A stretch of DNA of 64,000 nucleotides from Bacteroidota bacterium (GCA_035524335.1 DATKPE010000033.1:36157-100156), one strand, 5' to 3'. Shown: positions 29,400 through 39,723, counted from the stretch's first letter. The notes: generated by a model from the letters alone, not told the origin. A program made the numbers and translations.

Positions 29400-30257
29400 A
29401 TGAAGATCCTTCCGCTGCTCATACTCCTCATCTTCGCGGCCGGGGGCTGCATCCAGCAGATCGCGCTCAACTCCCTCGGATCGGTTCTCGACACCGGCTT
29501 CGACGTCATCAACAGGGAGGAGGATCTCACCCTCGCCCAGGCATCAATCGCCTCCGACCTCAAGCTTCTCGAAACGCTCATCGCCCGGGATCCCGGCAAT
29601 GCGCATTACCTTCTTCTCGCATCGATGGGATATTCGAGCTATGCCCTCGGTTTCGCCGAGGACGACAGCGTCGAACGGGCGAAACTGTTCTATGCGCGCG
29701 GGCGTGATTTCGGCTTCAGAATTCTGGACGCCGGCGACGCGTTCAGGACGGCACGGGGACAGGGGCCGCAGGAATTCCGGGAAGCGCTCCGGTCGCTCTC
29801 CCGCGACGATGTTCCGGCCGTGTTCTGGACCGCGGTCGGCTGGGGCAATTCCGTGCTTCTGAATCTTTCGGATCCGGCCGCGCTGGCCGATCTCCCGAAG
29901 ATCGAGGCGATGATGGAGTTCGTCGTCCGGAACGATTCGACGTACTTCTACGGCGGCGCCCTGAGTTTTCTCGGGGCCTATCACGGAAGCAGGCCCGCCA
30001 TGTTTGGAGGCGATCCGCGGCTCGCGAAAAATTATTTCCACCGCGCTCTCGGCATCTCGGGGGGAAAATTCCTGATGACTTACATCCTTTTCGCCAAAAC
30101 CTGCGCCGTCCAGAGCCAGGACCGACAGCTCTTCGAGAGCTGTCTCACCGCGGTCGACACGGCATCGCTCGACCGGCTCCCGGAGGCGCGTCTGTCGAAC
30201 GCGATCGCAAAAAAGAAAGCGATGATTCTCCGCTCAAAAACCGACACACTTTTCTGA
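29400..30257 (+). CDS. TatT-like TPR-fold lipoprotein (TRAP-transporter T component family)
   Basis: Lipoprotein signal MKILPLLILLIFAAGGC. Mostly helical 285-aa protein located immediately upstream of a DctP-type solute-binding protein, as in the T. pallidum TatT/TatP(T) arrangement. The family call is by recollection, not a search. Confidence 0.5.
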   Translation: MKILPLLILLIFAAGGCIQQIALNSLGSVLDTGFDVINREEDLTLAQASIASDLKLLETLIARDPGNAHYLLLASMGYSSYALGFAEDDSVERAKLFYARGRDFGFRILDAGDAFRTARGQGPQEFREALRSLSRDDVPAVFWTAVGWGNSVLLNLSDPAALADLPKIEAMMEFVVRNDSTYFYGGALSFLGAYHGSRPAMFGGDPRLAKNYFHRALGISGGKFLMTYILFAKTCAVQSQDRQLFESCLTAVDTASLDRLPEARLSNAIAKKKAMILRSKTDTLF

Positions 30258-30271
30258 CCTTCGGATATCCC

Positions 30272-31297
30272 ATGAGGCGTATCATTCTTCGAACAGTCCT
30301 GATCCTTTTCCTCCTCGCCCCCTCCTCCCCACTCGGCGCGCAGGAATATATCATCAAGTTCGCCACCGTCGCGCCGGAGGGAAGCACATGGATGAACGTC
30401 ATGAAGGAATACGACCAGGCCGTCCGGGCGGAGAGCCACGGAAGAATCGGCTTCAAAATTTACCCGGGGGGCGTTCAGGGGGATGAAAAAGACGTCCTGC
30501 AGAAAATCCGCCTCGGCCAGCTTCAGTGCGCCGGAGTCACCGGCAACGGCCTTACCACCATCGCCCCCGCGGCCCGGATCCTCGACGCTCCCTTTCTCTT
30601 CCGGAACTATGACGAAGTCGACCGGGTCTACGCGACCTTCGATGCGGAATTCGAGCGGGCATTCGAAGAGAACGGCTATGTGAACCTCGGCTGGGCGGAG
30701 GTGGGATTCGTCTACGTATTCACCAACACGCGCGTTGAAGGCCCGGCCGACATGAAAAATGTCCGGATGTGGATCTGGGAAGGGGACCCGATCGCGGAAG
30801 CGGCCATCGCCGCCCTCAACGTGCACGACGTTGTTCCGCTCGCCATCACCGACGTGTTCACCTCTCTTCAGACCCATCTCATCGACGGCGTCTACGCATC
30901 CCCCCTTGCGATGATCGCCCTTCAATGGTTTTCCCGCACGAAATATATGCTCGACGTCCCGCTTGCGGATGCCGCGGGAGCGGTCGTCATATCAAAGAAA
31001 AAGTTCGATCAGCTGCCGGCGGACCTGCAGGAAATTCTCCGCCGCAACGGGAAAATATATCTCGGGAAGCTCACCCGCCTGAGCCGCGAAGAGAACAGAA
31101 AATCGCTCGATGCGCTGAAGAAAAACGGCGTGATCATCGTCGAACCGAAGAACTCGAAGGACCTCGCTGAATACGAACAGCTCGGGAAGCAGGCACGGCA
31201 GACCCTGGCCGGAAAACTCTTTACGGCGGACCTGCTGAACCGCGTCGAACAGGAAATCGCCCGCCTCCGTCCGGGATCCGGCGCAGGCAGGAAATAG
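30272..31297 (+). CDS. TRAP-transporter solute-binding protein, DctP family
   Basis: Signal peptide. The core motif set for this family is present: IKFATVAPEGSTWMNVMKEYDQAV...GRIGFKIYPGGVQGDEKDVLQKIRLGQLQCAG. Confidence 0.75.
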   Translation: MRRIILRTVLILFLLAPSSPLGAQEYIIKFATVAPEGSTWMNVMKEYDQAVRAESHGRIGFKIYPGGVQGDEKDVLQKIRLGQLQCAGVTGNGLTTIAPAARILDAPFLFRNYDEVDRVYATFDAEFERAFEENGYVNLGWAEVGFVYVFTNTRVEGPADMKNVRMWIWEGDPIAEAAIAALNVHDVVPLAITDVFTSLQTHLIDGVYASPLAMIALQWFSRTKYMLDVPLADAAGAVVISKKKFDQLPADLQEILRRNGKIYLGKLTRLSREENRKSLDALKKNGVIIVEPKNSKDLAEYEQLGKQARQTLAGKLFTADLLNRVEQEIARLRPGSGAGRK

Positions 31298-31319
31298 TAT
31301 CAGCGCGCGAAGGAGTGCA

Positions 31320-31844
31320 GTGATGAAACGGCTTCTGCTGTTTGTCTTCCTCTTCGTCTCAACCGCCTTCCCCCAGCAGGGGCGCCTCATTAAAAATCCG
31401 CTCCGGGAACTTCCCGTCTGGGCACGCCTCGCCTTCACCCGCCAGAAACTGGATTCCCGGTTCGCCATCACCCTGGAACGGTACCCGCATCTCCTGAAAG
31501 GAGACTTCAACGCGGACAACAGACGGGACGTCGCCCTCCAGATAACCGATCTCGCCGGCGGAAGCCAGGGCATCGCCATTATGCATGCCCCCCGGCCTCA
31601 GGCCGAGCAGATCCGGATTGTCATCATCGGCGCCGGCGTCAGCAGTCCCGAATTTCCGGAAAATCTGAAAGCCTACCCGCACTGGTCCATCCTCCCGAAC
31701 GACGAGATCGACGGCACCGGCCTTCCGCGGGAGCTGAAAGGCGACGCCATCCGCCTCCAGAAGAGCGACAGCTCGGGAGCCTATATCTACTGGGACGGGA
31801 AAAAATATCAGTGGCAGCCGTTCCGGAGAAAAACACCCCGCTAG
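31320..31844 (+). CDS. hypothetical secreted protein (signal peptide)
   Basis: 174 aa with N-terminal signal (MMKRLLLFVFLFVSTAFP). Composition is protein-like, with no recognisable motif. Confidence 0.45.
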   Translation: MMKRLLLFVFLFVSTAFPQQGRLIKNPLRELPVWARLAFTRQKLDSRFAITLERYPHLLKGDFNADNRRDVALQITDLAGGSQGIAIMHAPRPQAEQIRIVIIGAGVSSPEFPENLKAYPHWSILPNDEIDGTGLPRELKGDAIRLQKSDSSGAYIYWDGKKYQWQPFRRKTPR

Positions 31845-31871
31845 AGCCCCCCGTCCCGGCCTCATCGTCCC

Positions 31872-33665
31872 TCAGCGGACGTCGAACGGGATTTTTACAG
31901 TCCGGTCGTCGAAAATGCAGAGCGAAGTGTACCGGCCCGAATGGAGACCGGACACATCGGCCGCGGCAATGTGCCTGCCGGGGAGTTCGACCGCATCGAC
32001 CACGCTTGCAACCTCCCTGTTCCGCTGATCCAGGATGCGGAGAATCACGGGCGTCACCCGCACGAGTTCGTACGGAAAGTAAACGGTCGACGAGCCGGCG
32101 GGCTGGAACGGCTCTTTCACGACGCCCGAATCGCGGAAGACCCGGGATATGACGGCGAGCTCCGAGACCGGCAACCGCTCTTTTCCCGGGAGACTCTCGT
32201 TCCAGAGCCGGTCGACCGCGGTCACACTGTAGGAGTACCCCGCTCTTCCGTTTTCCCGGATGGTGTCGAGGTAGGAATGGCGCACGGGCGGCAGGATCGC
32301 GACGATATTCCCGGGCCTGGTCCGGTCAGGCTCGCCATCGGGGGAGCGGTAGACCACATAGGCCGCGGGAAGCTCGCCGTCGGCCGCCGGAAGAGGCGTG
32401 GACCATCGGAGGACGACGATCCCGTCGTTCATCGTGCGAACGCGAAGATCCGCCGGCGGGAGCGGCGGAACGGAATCTCTCCAGAGCATGGGGGGAATCA
32501 GCGCCGGGGCAGGATATCTCCCTCCCATCGCGAGAAAATCCTCAATATTGCTGTACCGGAAAAACGAGTTGCCCTGCATCCCCTCCTCCCGGCTCAGGTC
32601 GATCAGCCGGGGAATGTCCGGAAAAACGGCCGGCTTATAGGCGCCGATGCCGGGATAGAGATGCCGGCCGCCGGCATGTTCGCTCCAGTCGCGCAGGACC
32701 AGGGCAAAATCGGGATCGCCGGAGCCGCCGCCGAGCGGCCAGTAGAGCTGAGGAGCGAGATAATCCTGCCATCCCTCCAGGATCCATCGCCGGGAATCCT
32801 GATACAGGTCGGTGTAGCTCTGGAGACCCCGGAATCCGGACGTGTTCCGGTAAATGCCTATTGGACTCGAGCCGATTTTGAGGCGGGGACGGACGGCAAG
32901 CGCCGAATCCCGGAACTGCCGGGCGATGGCGTTGATATTGTCCCTGCGCCATTCATCCTTCGGCACCGATCTGCCGTAGTGCCGGTACGTCGTCTGGTCC
33001 GGGAATTCCTGGACGGGATAGCGGAGAAAATCGAACTGAAAACCGTCGATGTCGTATTTGCGGACGAGGTCCATCGCAACATTAATGAGATAGCGGCGTG
33101 CGTCGGGAATGCCGGGATCGAGCCACCATTCGCCGTTGACCTCATGGATCCAGTCGGGATGGGCGAGGATGAGGTGCCGGGGGGAAGATTCGGCGGGTGG
33201 ACCGCCGCCGTTTTTCACCATGACGGTGTTGAACCAGGCGTGCACTTCCATACAGCGGGCATGCGCCTCCTCCAGAACGACGGCGAGGGGATCCCAGCCC
33301 GGATCTTTGCCGAGGGTGCCGGTGAGCTGGGGAGACCACGGTTCATAGTCCGATCGGTACATCGCATCGGCGCGGCCGCGGACCTGAAAAAAGATGGTGT
33401 TAAAGTGAGCCGCCGCGAGCTTCCGGATCATCTCCCTGAGAGAACGCTCCTGTTCCTCCCGGTCGGCGGATTTCGGCCAGTCGAGTCCGAGCACGGTTGC
33501 TATCCAGACGGCGCGCACCTCCCGTTTGGGAGGAGCGGGGCCGGAGGCGGTTGCCGCGGAGGCCGTGAACAGGAAAAGAAAGATGCCGGAAAAAAACCTG
33601 AGGAGTCCGGCGGGGAAAAAGATGCGCACGCACGTGGTCCGGAAATTGGTTCCGGCAATATACAT
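31872..33665 (-). CDS. glycoside-hydrolase-like family 10 protein (GHL10 / COG1649, YddW/YngK-like) with C-terminal beta-rich extension
   Basis: Signal peptide, then REVRAVWIATVLGLDWP and HAWFN...DGFQFDF segments typical of the GHL10 TIM-barrel family. Start set at internal MYIAG (33665), the first Met of the signal peptide. The long plus-strand ORF 31941..33674 is the R/G-rich antisense. Confidence 0.6.
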   Translation of the reverse strand: MYIAGTNFRTTCVRIFFPAGLLRFFSGIFLFLFTASAATASGPAPPKREVRAVWIATVLGLDWPKSADREEQERSLREMIRKLAAAHFNTIFFQVRGRADAMYRSDYEPWSPQLTGTLGKDPGWDPLAVVLEEAHARCMEVHAWFNTVMVKNGGGPPAESSPRHLILAHPDWIHEVNGEWWLDPGIPDARRYLINVAMDLVRKYDIDGFQFDFLRYPVQEFPDQTTYRHYGRSVPKDEWRRDNINAIARQFRDSALAVRPRLKIGSSPIGIYRNTSGFRGLQSYTDLYQDSRRWILEGWQDYLAPQLYWPLGGGSGDPDFALVLRDWSEHAGGRHLYPGIGAYKPAVFPDIPRLIDLSREEGMQGNSFFRYSNIEDFLAMGGRYPAPALIPPMLWRDSVPPLPPADLRVRTMNDGIVVLRWSTPLPAADGELPAAYVVYRSPDGEPDRTRPGNIVAILPPVRHSYLDTIRENGRAGYSYSVTAVDRLWNESLPGKERLPVSELAVISRVFRDSGVVKEPFQPAGSSTVYFPYELVRVTPVILRILDQRNREVASVVDAVELPGRHIAAADVSGLHSGRYTSLCIFDDRTVKIPFDVR

Positions 33666-33943
33666 CGGCAGTGAGGGAATTGCAACAGATCTTCCCCTGT
33701 TCGCCGGGGCTCTGCAGGAGTTCCCGGATAAGGGGAAGGCCGAAGCCTCCATCCGGGAGGGTCAATTGTGAAGGGGGGATTCCGCCGGAGTAAGCGACAG
33801 TGCCGGAACCGGCATGCTAACATCCGACGGTGAAGTGCGTAAAATGATTGACTTTCTTAGAAAATAGACGTATATTTTTATTCCGAAATCTTCAGATATC
33901 ACCAATTTTCCACCATTTCCAACCAAGAGTGTAAGGGATCGTT

Positions 33944-35839
33944 GTGAAAAAGAACCGCGGCAAGCTCATTTTTATCCTCATTTTCATCTTCCTGGCGCTC
34001 TATTTTCTGTACCCGACCTACAGGGATTACAACTTTACGCAGGATCTTCGCAAGCTGACAGGGAAAGACAGCATCGAATACCTTGATCAGCATGAAGCGG
34101 CGATGCGCGACGCAAAGTCGAAGCGGATCAAGCTCGGTCTCGATCTGCAGGGCGGCATGCGGATAGTGCTTGAGGTCAATACCCTGAAGCTGATCGAGGA
34201 TCTCGCCAAGAACAAGGACGATCTCTTTACCGGTCTGATGGATGAGGTGAAGGCTCAGGCGAAGGCTTCGCCCGATGAGGATGTGATCGATATTCTCCTG
34301 GCCAGGTTCCAGGCAAAGCAGGTGCGTCTCAGCAGGTATTACGGGAGCATCCGGGACTCGGACGACGACATCATCAAGCGGCTCAGGGATGAGACGACCA
34401 ACGCCGTTGACCGGGCGAAAGAAATCGTCCGGAACCGCGTCGACCAGTACGGCGTGTCGGAGCCTTCGATACAGAAACAGGGCGCCCGCCGGATCATTGT
34501 GGAACTTCCCGGCGTGAGCAACGAGAAGGACGTGCAGGAACTGCTGAACAGCACGGCACTGCTGGAGTTCAAGCTGGTGACCGATCCCGACATCATGATC
34601 AAGGTGTACGATTCCATCGACAAACTGCTCGCCGGAAAGCCGCTGAACGATTCCGCCTCCGCGGCCGATTCCGCGAAAAATCTGGCGGCGCAGAAGACCG
34701 ATTCGACGCATGCCGCCGACAGCTCGCTCGCAAAAACGTCTGTCAGCGATAAACAGGCCCAGGAACAGGCCGAGAAGGATCACCCCTTCTTCACGCTCGC
34801 CAATCCGATGCAGGGACAGAATCAGGGATGGAGCGGCGATCTGTTCACGGCAGAAAACGACCGGCACCGGGTCGACCGCATCCTGGCGCGGCCGGATGTC
34901 CAGCGGCTGGTCCCCTCCGAGGTTGCGTTCGTCTGGGAAGCCAAACCGCGCTTCACCGCCGACGGCAAAAAATTCTTCGCCCTCCATGCGGTCAAGAAAA
35001 CGGCCGAACTCACCGGCGGCGTGATCGTCAACGCGAAGGCGACCATCGATCCGCAATTCAACACCCCGGTCGTCGATATGGAGATGAACAGCGAAGGGTC
35101 GCATGAATGGGCCCGGATCACCGGCGCGAACGTCAAGAAGAAGATCGCCATCATCATGGACAACGCCTGCTATTCGGATCCGGTGGTGCAGACGAAAATC
35201 ACCGGCGGGCGGTCGCAGATCACCGGCATGGCCGACGCCGAAGAGGCAAACCGGCTGGCGATCGTGCTCAAATCGGGCGCACTTCCCGCACCGGTCGATA
35301 TCATCCAGCAGGTCACCGTCGGACCTTCGCTCGGCGAAGACTCCATCCGTCAGGGTATCTGGTCGGCGATCCTCGCCCTGGGCCTGACGGTGGCGTTCAT
35401 GGTCATATACTACAGCACCGGCGGCACGATGGCGGACATTGCGCTGTTTCTGAACATCCTCTTCGTCCTCGGGGTTCTGGCGGCATTCAAAGGCACGCTG
35501 ACCCTCCCGGGCATCGCGGGCATCATTCTGACGGTCGCCGTCGCGGTCGACGCGAACGTGCTGATCTATGAGCGTATCAGGGAGGAATCGGTCACGGGGA
35601 AGACGCTTACCGCCGCGATCGACGCCGGCTATACCCGCGCCTTCACGGCGATCTTCGATGCGAACCTGACGGCCTTCATCACCGGCGTGATTCTCTACCA
35701 GTTCGGGACCGGACCGGTCCAGGGCTTCGCACTGACGCTCATGATCGGCATTGTGGCCAGCGTCTTCAGCGCCGTCGTCGTCAGCCGCGTGATCATCGAA
35801 ATGCTGATCGAACGCGGCAAACATGTGAGTTTTGGCTGA
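33944..35839 (+). CDS. secD: protein translocase subunit SecD
   Basis: GTG start. N-terminal TM, large periplasmic domain, and C-terminal 6-TM SecD block (GPSLGEDSIRQGIWSAILALGLTVAFMVIYY...). Confidence 0.9.
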   Translation: MKKNRGKLIFILIFIFLALYFLYPTYRDYNFTQDLRKLTGKDSIEYLDQHEAAMRDAKSKRIKLGLDLQGGMRIVLEVNTLKLIEDLAKNKDDLFTGLMDEVKAQAKASPDEDVIDILLARFQAKQVRLSRYYGSIRDSDDDIIKRLRDETTNAVDRAKEIVRNRVDQYGVSEPSIQKQGARRIIVELPGVSNEKDVQELLNSTALLEFKLVTDPDIMIKVYDSIDKLLAGKPLNDSASAADSAKNLAAQKTDSTHAADSSLAKTSVSDKQAQEQAEKDHPFFTLANPMQGQNQGWSGDLFTAENDRHRVDRILARPDVQRLVPSEVAFVWEAKPRFTADGKKFFALHAVKKTAELTGGVIVNAKATIDPQFNTPVVDMEMNSEGSHEWARITGANVKKKIAIIMDNACYSDPVVQTKITGGRSQITGMADAEEANRLAIVLKSGALPAPVDIIQQVTVGPSLGEDSIRQGIWSAILALGLTVAFMVIYYSTGGTMADIALFLNILFVLGVLAAFKGTLTLPGIAGIILTVAVAVDANVLIYERIREESVTGKTLTAAIDAGYTRAFTAIFDANLTAFITGVILYQFGTGPVQGFALTLMIGIVASVFSAVVVSRVIIEMLIERGKHVSFG

Positions 35840-35864
35840 TCACCTTTTAACCGGAGATTTTTGA

Positions 35865-36827
35865 ATGCGATTTTTCCGCAAGACATCGATTGATTTCATG
35901 GGAAAGAGGAAAATGTGGTATACCATTTCCCTTACCGTCATCCTCCTCGGGATCCTGTCGCTCTCCATCAAGGGCTTTCACTTCGGGATCGACTTTCTCG
36001 GCGGAACCGAGATGATCGTCCAGTTCAATCAGCCGGCCGACGTGGGCCGTATCCGGACGCTGATGGACAACTCCGGTTTTCCGCGCTCGGAACTGAAGGC
36101 GTACGGCAATCCGAACACGATCCTCATACGGACGCTTCTGCAGGGAGAAGGAACCTCGGTCGCCGACCGGATCAAGGCGGAACTGCAGAAGACCTTCCCC
36201 GATCAGAATCCCCGGGTTCTGTCGGAACAGAAGATCGGCCCGAAGATCGGTTCCGAACTCCGGCGGAACGCCCTCCTCGCGGTGCTCTCGTCCCTGATCG
36301 CCATGTCCCTCTATGTGGCGTTCCGGTTCAAGTTCATCTACGGGGTCGGGGCTCTGGTCGCGCTCTTTCATGACGTCATGGTGACGCTCGGCCTGGTCTC
36401 GGTCCTCGACGGGTTGACGCCCTATACCAATTTCGAAATCGACCAGAACATGATCGCGGCGTTCCTCACGATCATCGGTCTTTCCATGAACGACACTGTC
36501 GTCATCTTCGACCGGATCCGCGAAAACCAGAAAATCTACCGGTCGATGGGACTCATGGAGCTCATCAACAAAAGCCTGAACGAGACCCTGAGCCGCACGA
36601 TCATCACATCGGGCACCGTGTTCGTCATTACGACGATCCTCTTCTTTTTCGGCGGGGAGGTGAACCGCGGGTTCTCCTTCGCGCTGACCATCGGCATCAC
36701 GACCGGCACGTATTCCTCCATCTACATCGCGAGCGCCATCGTGCTCGACTACACCCTCCGGAAGCTCGGGAGGGTCCAACAAACCGTCGCCACCCCGAAA
36801 CCGCACTATGAAACTGCGAACAAGTGA
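35865..36827 (+). CDS. secF: protein translocase subunit SecF
   Basis: 320 aa with SecF TM block (DFLGGTEM...; LSMNDTVVIFDRIREN). Directly follows secD. Confidence 0.9.
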   Translation: MRFFRKTSIDFMGKRKMWYTISLTVILLGILSLSIKGFHFGIDFLGGTEMIVQFNQPADVGRIRTLMDNSGFPRSELKAYGNPNTILIRTLLQGEGTSVADRIKAELQKTFPDQNPRVLSEQKIGPKIGSELRRNALLAVLSSLIAMSLYVAFRFKFIYGVGALVALFHDVMVTLGLVSVLDGLTPYTNFEIDQNMIAAFLTIIGLSMNDTVVIFDRIRENQKIYRSMGLMELINKSLNETLSRTIITSGTVFVITTILFFFGGEVNRGFSFALTIGITTGTYSSIYIASAIVLDYTLRKLGRVQQTVATPKPHYETANK

Positions 36828-37149
36828 ACTCGACGGCGTCGTCGTCATTCAGCTGGAAGGAAGCGTCCTCGGCGGGCCGGACGCCACCGCGCTGAACGAT
36901 GCCCTCCACAAACTGCTGGAAAAGAAGAAGAAACAGGTCGTGGTCGACCTGGCGGACGTCGAAACGATGAACAGCTCGGGCCTCAGCATGCTCATCAATG
37001 CGCTGAACACCATGCGGAAGGCGTCCGGCGACATGAAGCTCGCCGCGGCATCGAAAAAAATCGAGAGCCTCCTCGTGATCACAAAGCTCAGCACCGTGTT
37101 CGAGGTCCATCCAACCGTGAAAAAAGCGGTCGGGAGCTTCAAATCCTGA
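36808..37149 (+). CDS. STAS-domain anti-sigma-factor antagonist (SpoIIAA-like)
   Basis: 113 aa (VVVIQLEGSVLGGPDATALNDAL...VVVDLADVETMNSSGLSMLINAL). Overlaps the secF 3' end by 20 nt. Confidence 0.7.
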   Translation: MKLRTSELDGVVVIQLEGSVLGGPDATALNDALHKLLEKKKKQVVVDLADVETMNSSGLSMLINALNTMRKASGDMKLAAASKKIESLLVITKLSTVFEVHPTVKKAVGSFKS

Positions 37150-37177
37150 TCCCGATGCAGTCGCAGTAAATCTTTCC

Positions 37178-37214
37178 CTCCGGTGCCGCTTCCAGCACAC
37201 CGGAGTTTTCATTT
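37178..37214 (+). terminator. intrinsic terminator after the secD-secF-STAS unit
   Basis: CTCCGGTG - 12-nt loop - CACCGGAG, followed by TTTTCATTT, 29 nt after the STAS stop. Confidence 0.55.
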
Positions 37215-37225
37215 GCAGGTGCACC

Positions 37226-38500
37226 GTGCCAGTCCAGATCATCGTCGGCGCCCAGTGGGGCGATGAAGGAAAGGGAAAAATCGTCGACCACCTCAGCGCG
37301 GAGGTCGATATCGTCGCCCGCTACCAGGGCGGCGCGAACGCCGGCCATACCGTCGTCATCGGCCAGACCACCCACGTCCTCCACCTCATCCCCTCCGGCA
37401 TCTTCCACCCCCGCGTCACCTGCGTCATCGGCAACGGCGTCGTCATCGACCCGATCGCCCTGCTCGAGGAAATCGAGCAGATCAGAAAGATGAAGATCGA
37501 TATCGCGGGCCGGCTCCTCATCAGCCATAACGCCCACCTCATCATGCCGTACCACAAGCTTCTCGATACGATCCGGGAACGGACAGCGGATAAAATCGGC
37601 ACCACGGGACGCGGCATCGGACCCGCCTATATCGATAAATTCATGCGGACCGGGATCCGGATCGTCGATCTCCTCGACCGGGACGTCTTTGTCGGCAAAC
37701 TGAGACGCAACATCGAGGAAAAAAATCAGATCCTCAACAAGGTCTATGAATCCCCGGGCCTTGACGTCGACCGGATCGTTGCGGACTATGAGGAGTTCGA
37801 TAAGAAGATCGACCCGTACGTCACCGATACCGTCGTCTACCTCAACCAGGCGCACCGGGCGGGCAAAAAGATCCTGGCCGAAGGAGCACAGGGCGCGTTG
37901 CTCGACATCGACCATGGAACCTATCCCTTCGTCACCTCCTCGAATCCGACCAGCGGCGGCGCCTGCACGGGCCTCGGCATTCCCCCCACCGCCATCCAGT
38001 CGATCCTCGGAGTCGTCAAAGCATACACCACCCGCGTCGGCAACGGCCCCTTCCCGACGGAAGAGGCGAACGAGACCGGCGATCGGATCCGCTCGCTCGG
38101 GGGCGAATTCGGCGCAACCACGGGCAGGGCGCGGCGCTGCGGCTGGTTTGACGCCGTCGCCGTCCGCTACTCGGCCCTCGTCAACGGCATCACCAAAGCC
38201 GCCATCACCAAACTCGATGTTCTGGACGGATTCGACGAGATCAGGATCTGCACCGGCTATACCATCGGGGGCAAGGTGCTCAAAACGTTTCCCACAGATC
38301 TCCGGACGCTCGAACGGGTCGTGCCGGTGTACGAGACCGTCGACGGGTGGAACCAGCCGACCGCCGGGGCAAAATCGTATGCCGAACTCCCGGCCCGGGC
38401 CCAGGCTTATCTGACCATGCTCGCACACCTGACCGGAACGGAGATCATTATGGTGTCGGTCGGAGCCCGGCGGGATCAGCTGATTTCTCTTCCGGTGTGA
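37226..38500 (+). CDS. purA: adenylosuccinate synthetase
   Basis: GTG start. GAQWGDEGKGKIVD P-loop, GGANAGHTV, and GTTGRGIGPAY motifs. Confidence 0.9.
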   Translation: MPVQIIVGAQWGDEGKGKIVDHLSAEVDIVARYQGGANAGHTVVIGQTTHVLHLIPSGIFHPRVTCVIGNGVVIDPIALLEEIEQIRKMKIDIAGRLLISHNAHLIMPYHKLLDTIRERTADKIGTTGRGIGPAYIDKFMRTGIRIVDLLDRDVFVGKLRRNIEEKNQILNKVYESPGLDVDRIVADYEEFDKKIDPYVTDTVVYLNQAHRAGKKILAEGAQGALLDIDHGTYPFVTSSNPTSGGACTGLGIPPTAIQSILGVVKAYTTRVGNGPFPTEEANETGDRIRSLGGEFGATTGRARRCGWFDAVAVRYSALVNGITKAAITKLDVLDGFDEIRICTGYTIGGKVLKTFPTDLRTLERVVPVYETVDGWNQPTAGAKSYAELPARAQAYLTMLAHLTGTEIIMVSVGARRDQLISLPV

Positions 38501-38505
38501 ACGTC

Positions 38506-39723
38506 ATGGCAGGGCCCCGATCCGCCAATATCAAGCTGATTCTCCTCATCGCCGCGGTGATCATCGTGGTGGCGACGCTCCTCTACACGAGAATCCTCGT
38601 CAACGAACTTCTCGAGCGTGAACGGGAAGTCGCCGACATCTATGCGAAATCGATCGAATTCGTTGCCAACCGGCCGGCGGAAAAATCCGGCGAACAATCG
38701 GATTACAGTTTTATCTTCGATGAGATGATCCGGACGATCGATTTTCCGGTCGTCCTCTCGGACCCGGGCAATTCCCCGCTCGCTCCGTATTATACCAGCG
38801 CCAAGAACGTCCAGTTCGACACCACCCTCTCCCCCGATCAGCAGAGGGAATATCTCGCGGGCGTGATCAGGGAGCTGGACATGGTCAATCAGCCGATCAG
38901 GGTCATGCTCCAGGATACCGTGCTCGTCAGTTATGTCCACTACGGCAATTCCCGCCTCATCACCCGCCTCCGGTGGCTTCCCTACATCGAAATCGCCGTG
39001 GCCGGCATGTTCATCATTCTGGGATACGTCGGGTTCAGCTATATCAAGCGGAACGAGCAGAGCAACATCTGGGTGGGAATGTCGAAGGAAACCGCCCATC
39101 AGCTCGGGACGCCTATCTCGAGCCTCCTCGGATGGGTCGAGATCATCAAGGGGATGGAACACGACCGGTCGAAGCTCATTCCGACCATCGAGGAAATGGA
39201 ACGGGACATCCAGCGTCTCCAGCGCGTGTCCGACAGATTTTCCAAGATCGGTTCACGACCGAGTCTCCGGGAGGAGGATCTGGACGAACTGATCGGATCG
39301 ACCATTCAGTATTTCAAAACACGGCTTCCCTCCCGTTACGGCGAGGGACGGCAGATCGATATCGTGATCGAGGAATCGTCCCATCCCAAAGCGCTCGTCA
39401 ACAGGGAACTGTTCGGCTGGGTGATCGAAAATCTGATCCGCAACGCCGTCGATGCATTCGAGGAAGGGAAGGGAAAGATTTCCTTCTCCCTCGCCGACCG
39501 CGGCGCGGAGGTGGTCATCGACGTCCGGGATACGGGAAAGGGAATCGATAAATCGCTCCGGAGGGACATCTTCCGCCCCGGGTTCAGCACGAAACAGCGC
39601 GGCTGGGGTCTCGGGCTCAGCCTTTCAAAACGGATCATCGAATCGTACCACAAGGGGAAAATTTTCGTCAAGGAAAGCAGGACCGGAAAAGGGACCACTT
39701 TCCGGATCCGCCTCCCGAAGTAA
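38506..39723 (+). CDS. sensor histidine kinase (2 TM + HisKA-like + HATPase_c)
   Basis: TM1 (IKLILLIAAVIIVVATLLY) and TM2 (LPYIEIAVAGMFIILGYVGF). H-box region GMSKETAHQLGTPISSLLGW. N/G boxes LIRNAVDAF, DTGKGI, GWGLGLSL. Start set at ATG 38506; the track ORF begins at 38347 inside purA. Confidence 0.8.
   Translation: MAGPRSANIKLILLIAAVIIVVATLLYTRILVNELLEREREVADIYAKSIEFVANRPAEKSGEQSDYSFIFDEMIRTIDFPVVLSDPGNSPLAPYYTSAKNVQFDTTLSPDQQREYLAGVIRELDMVNQPIRVMLQDTVLVSYVHYGNSRLITRLRWLPYIEIAVAGMFIILGYVGFSYIKRNEQSNIWVGMSKETAHQLGTPISSLLGWVEIIKGMEHDRSKLIPTIEEMERDIQRLQRVSDRFSKIGSRPSLREEDLDELIGSTIQYFKTRLPSRYGEGRQIDIVIEESSHPKALVNRELFGWVIENLIRNAVDAFEEGKGKISFSLADRGAEVVIDVRDTGKGIDKSLRRDIFRPGFSTKQRGWGLGLSLSKRIIESYHKGKIFVKESRTGKGTTFRIRLPK

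Noticed and set aside
31941-33674. 577-aa plus-strand ORF opposite the GHL10-like gene
   Set aside because: It is R/G-rich. The minus-strand frame carries the signal peptide and GHL10 motifs.
33899-35824. 641-aa minus-strand ORF opposite secD
   Set aside because: secD is clearly identified. The antisense is low complexity.
37139-38428. 429-aa minus-strand ORF opposite purA
   Set aside because: purA motifs lie on the plus strand.
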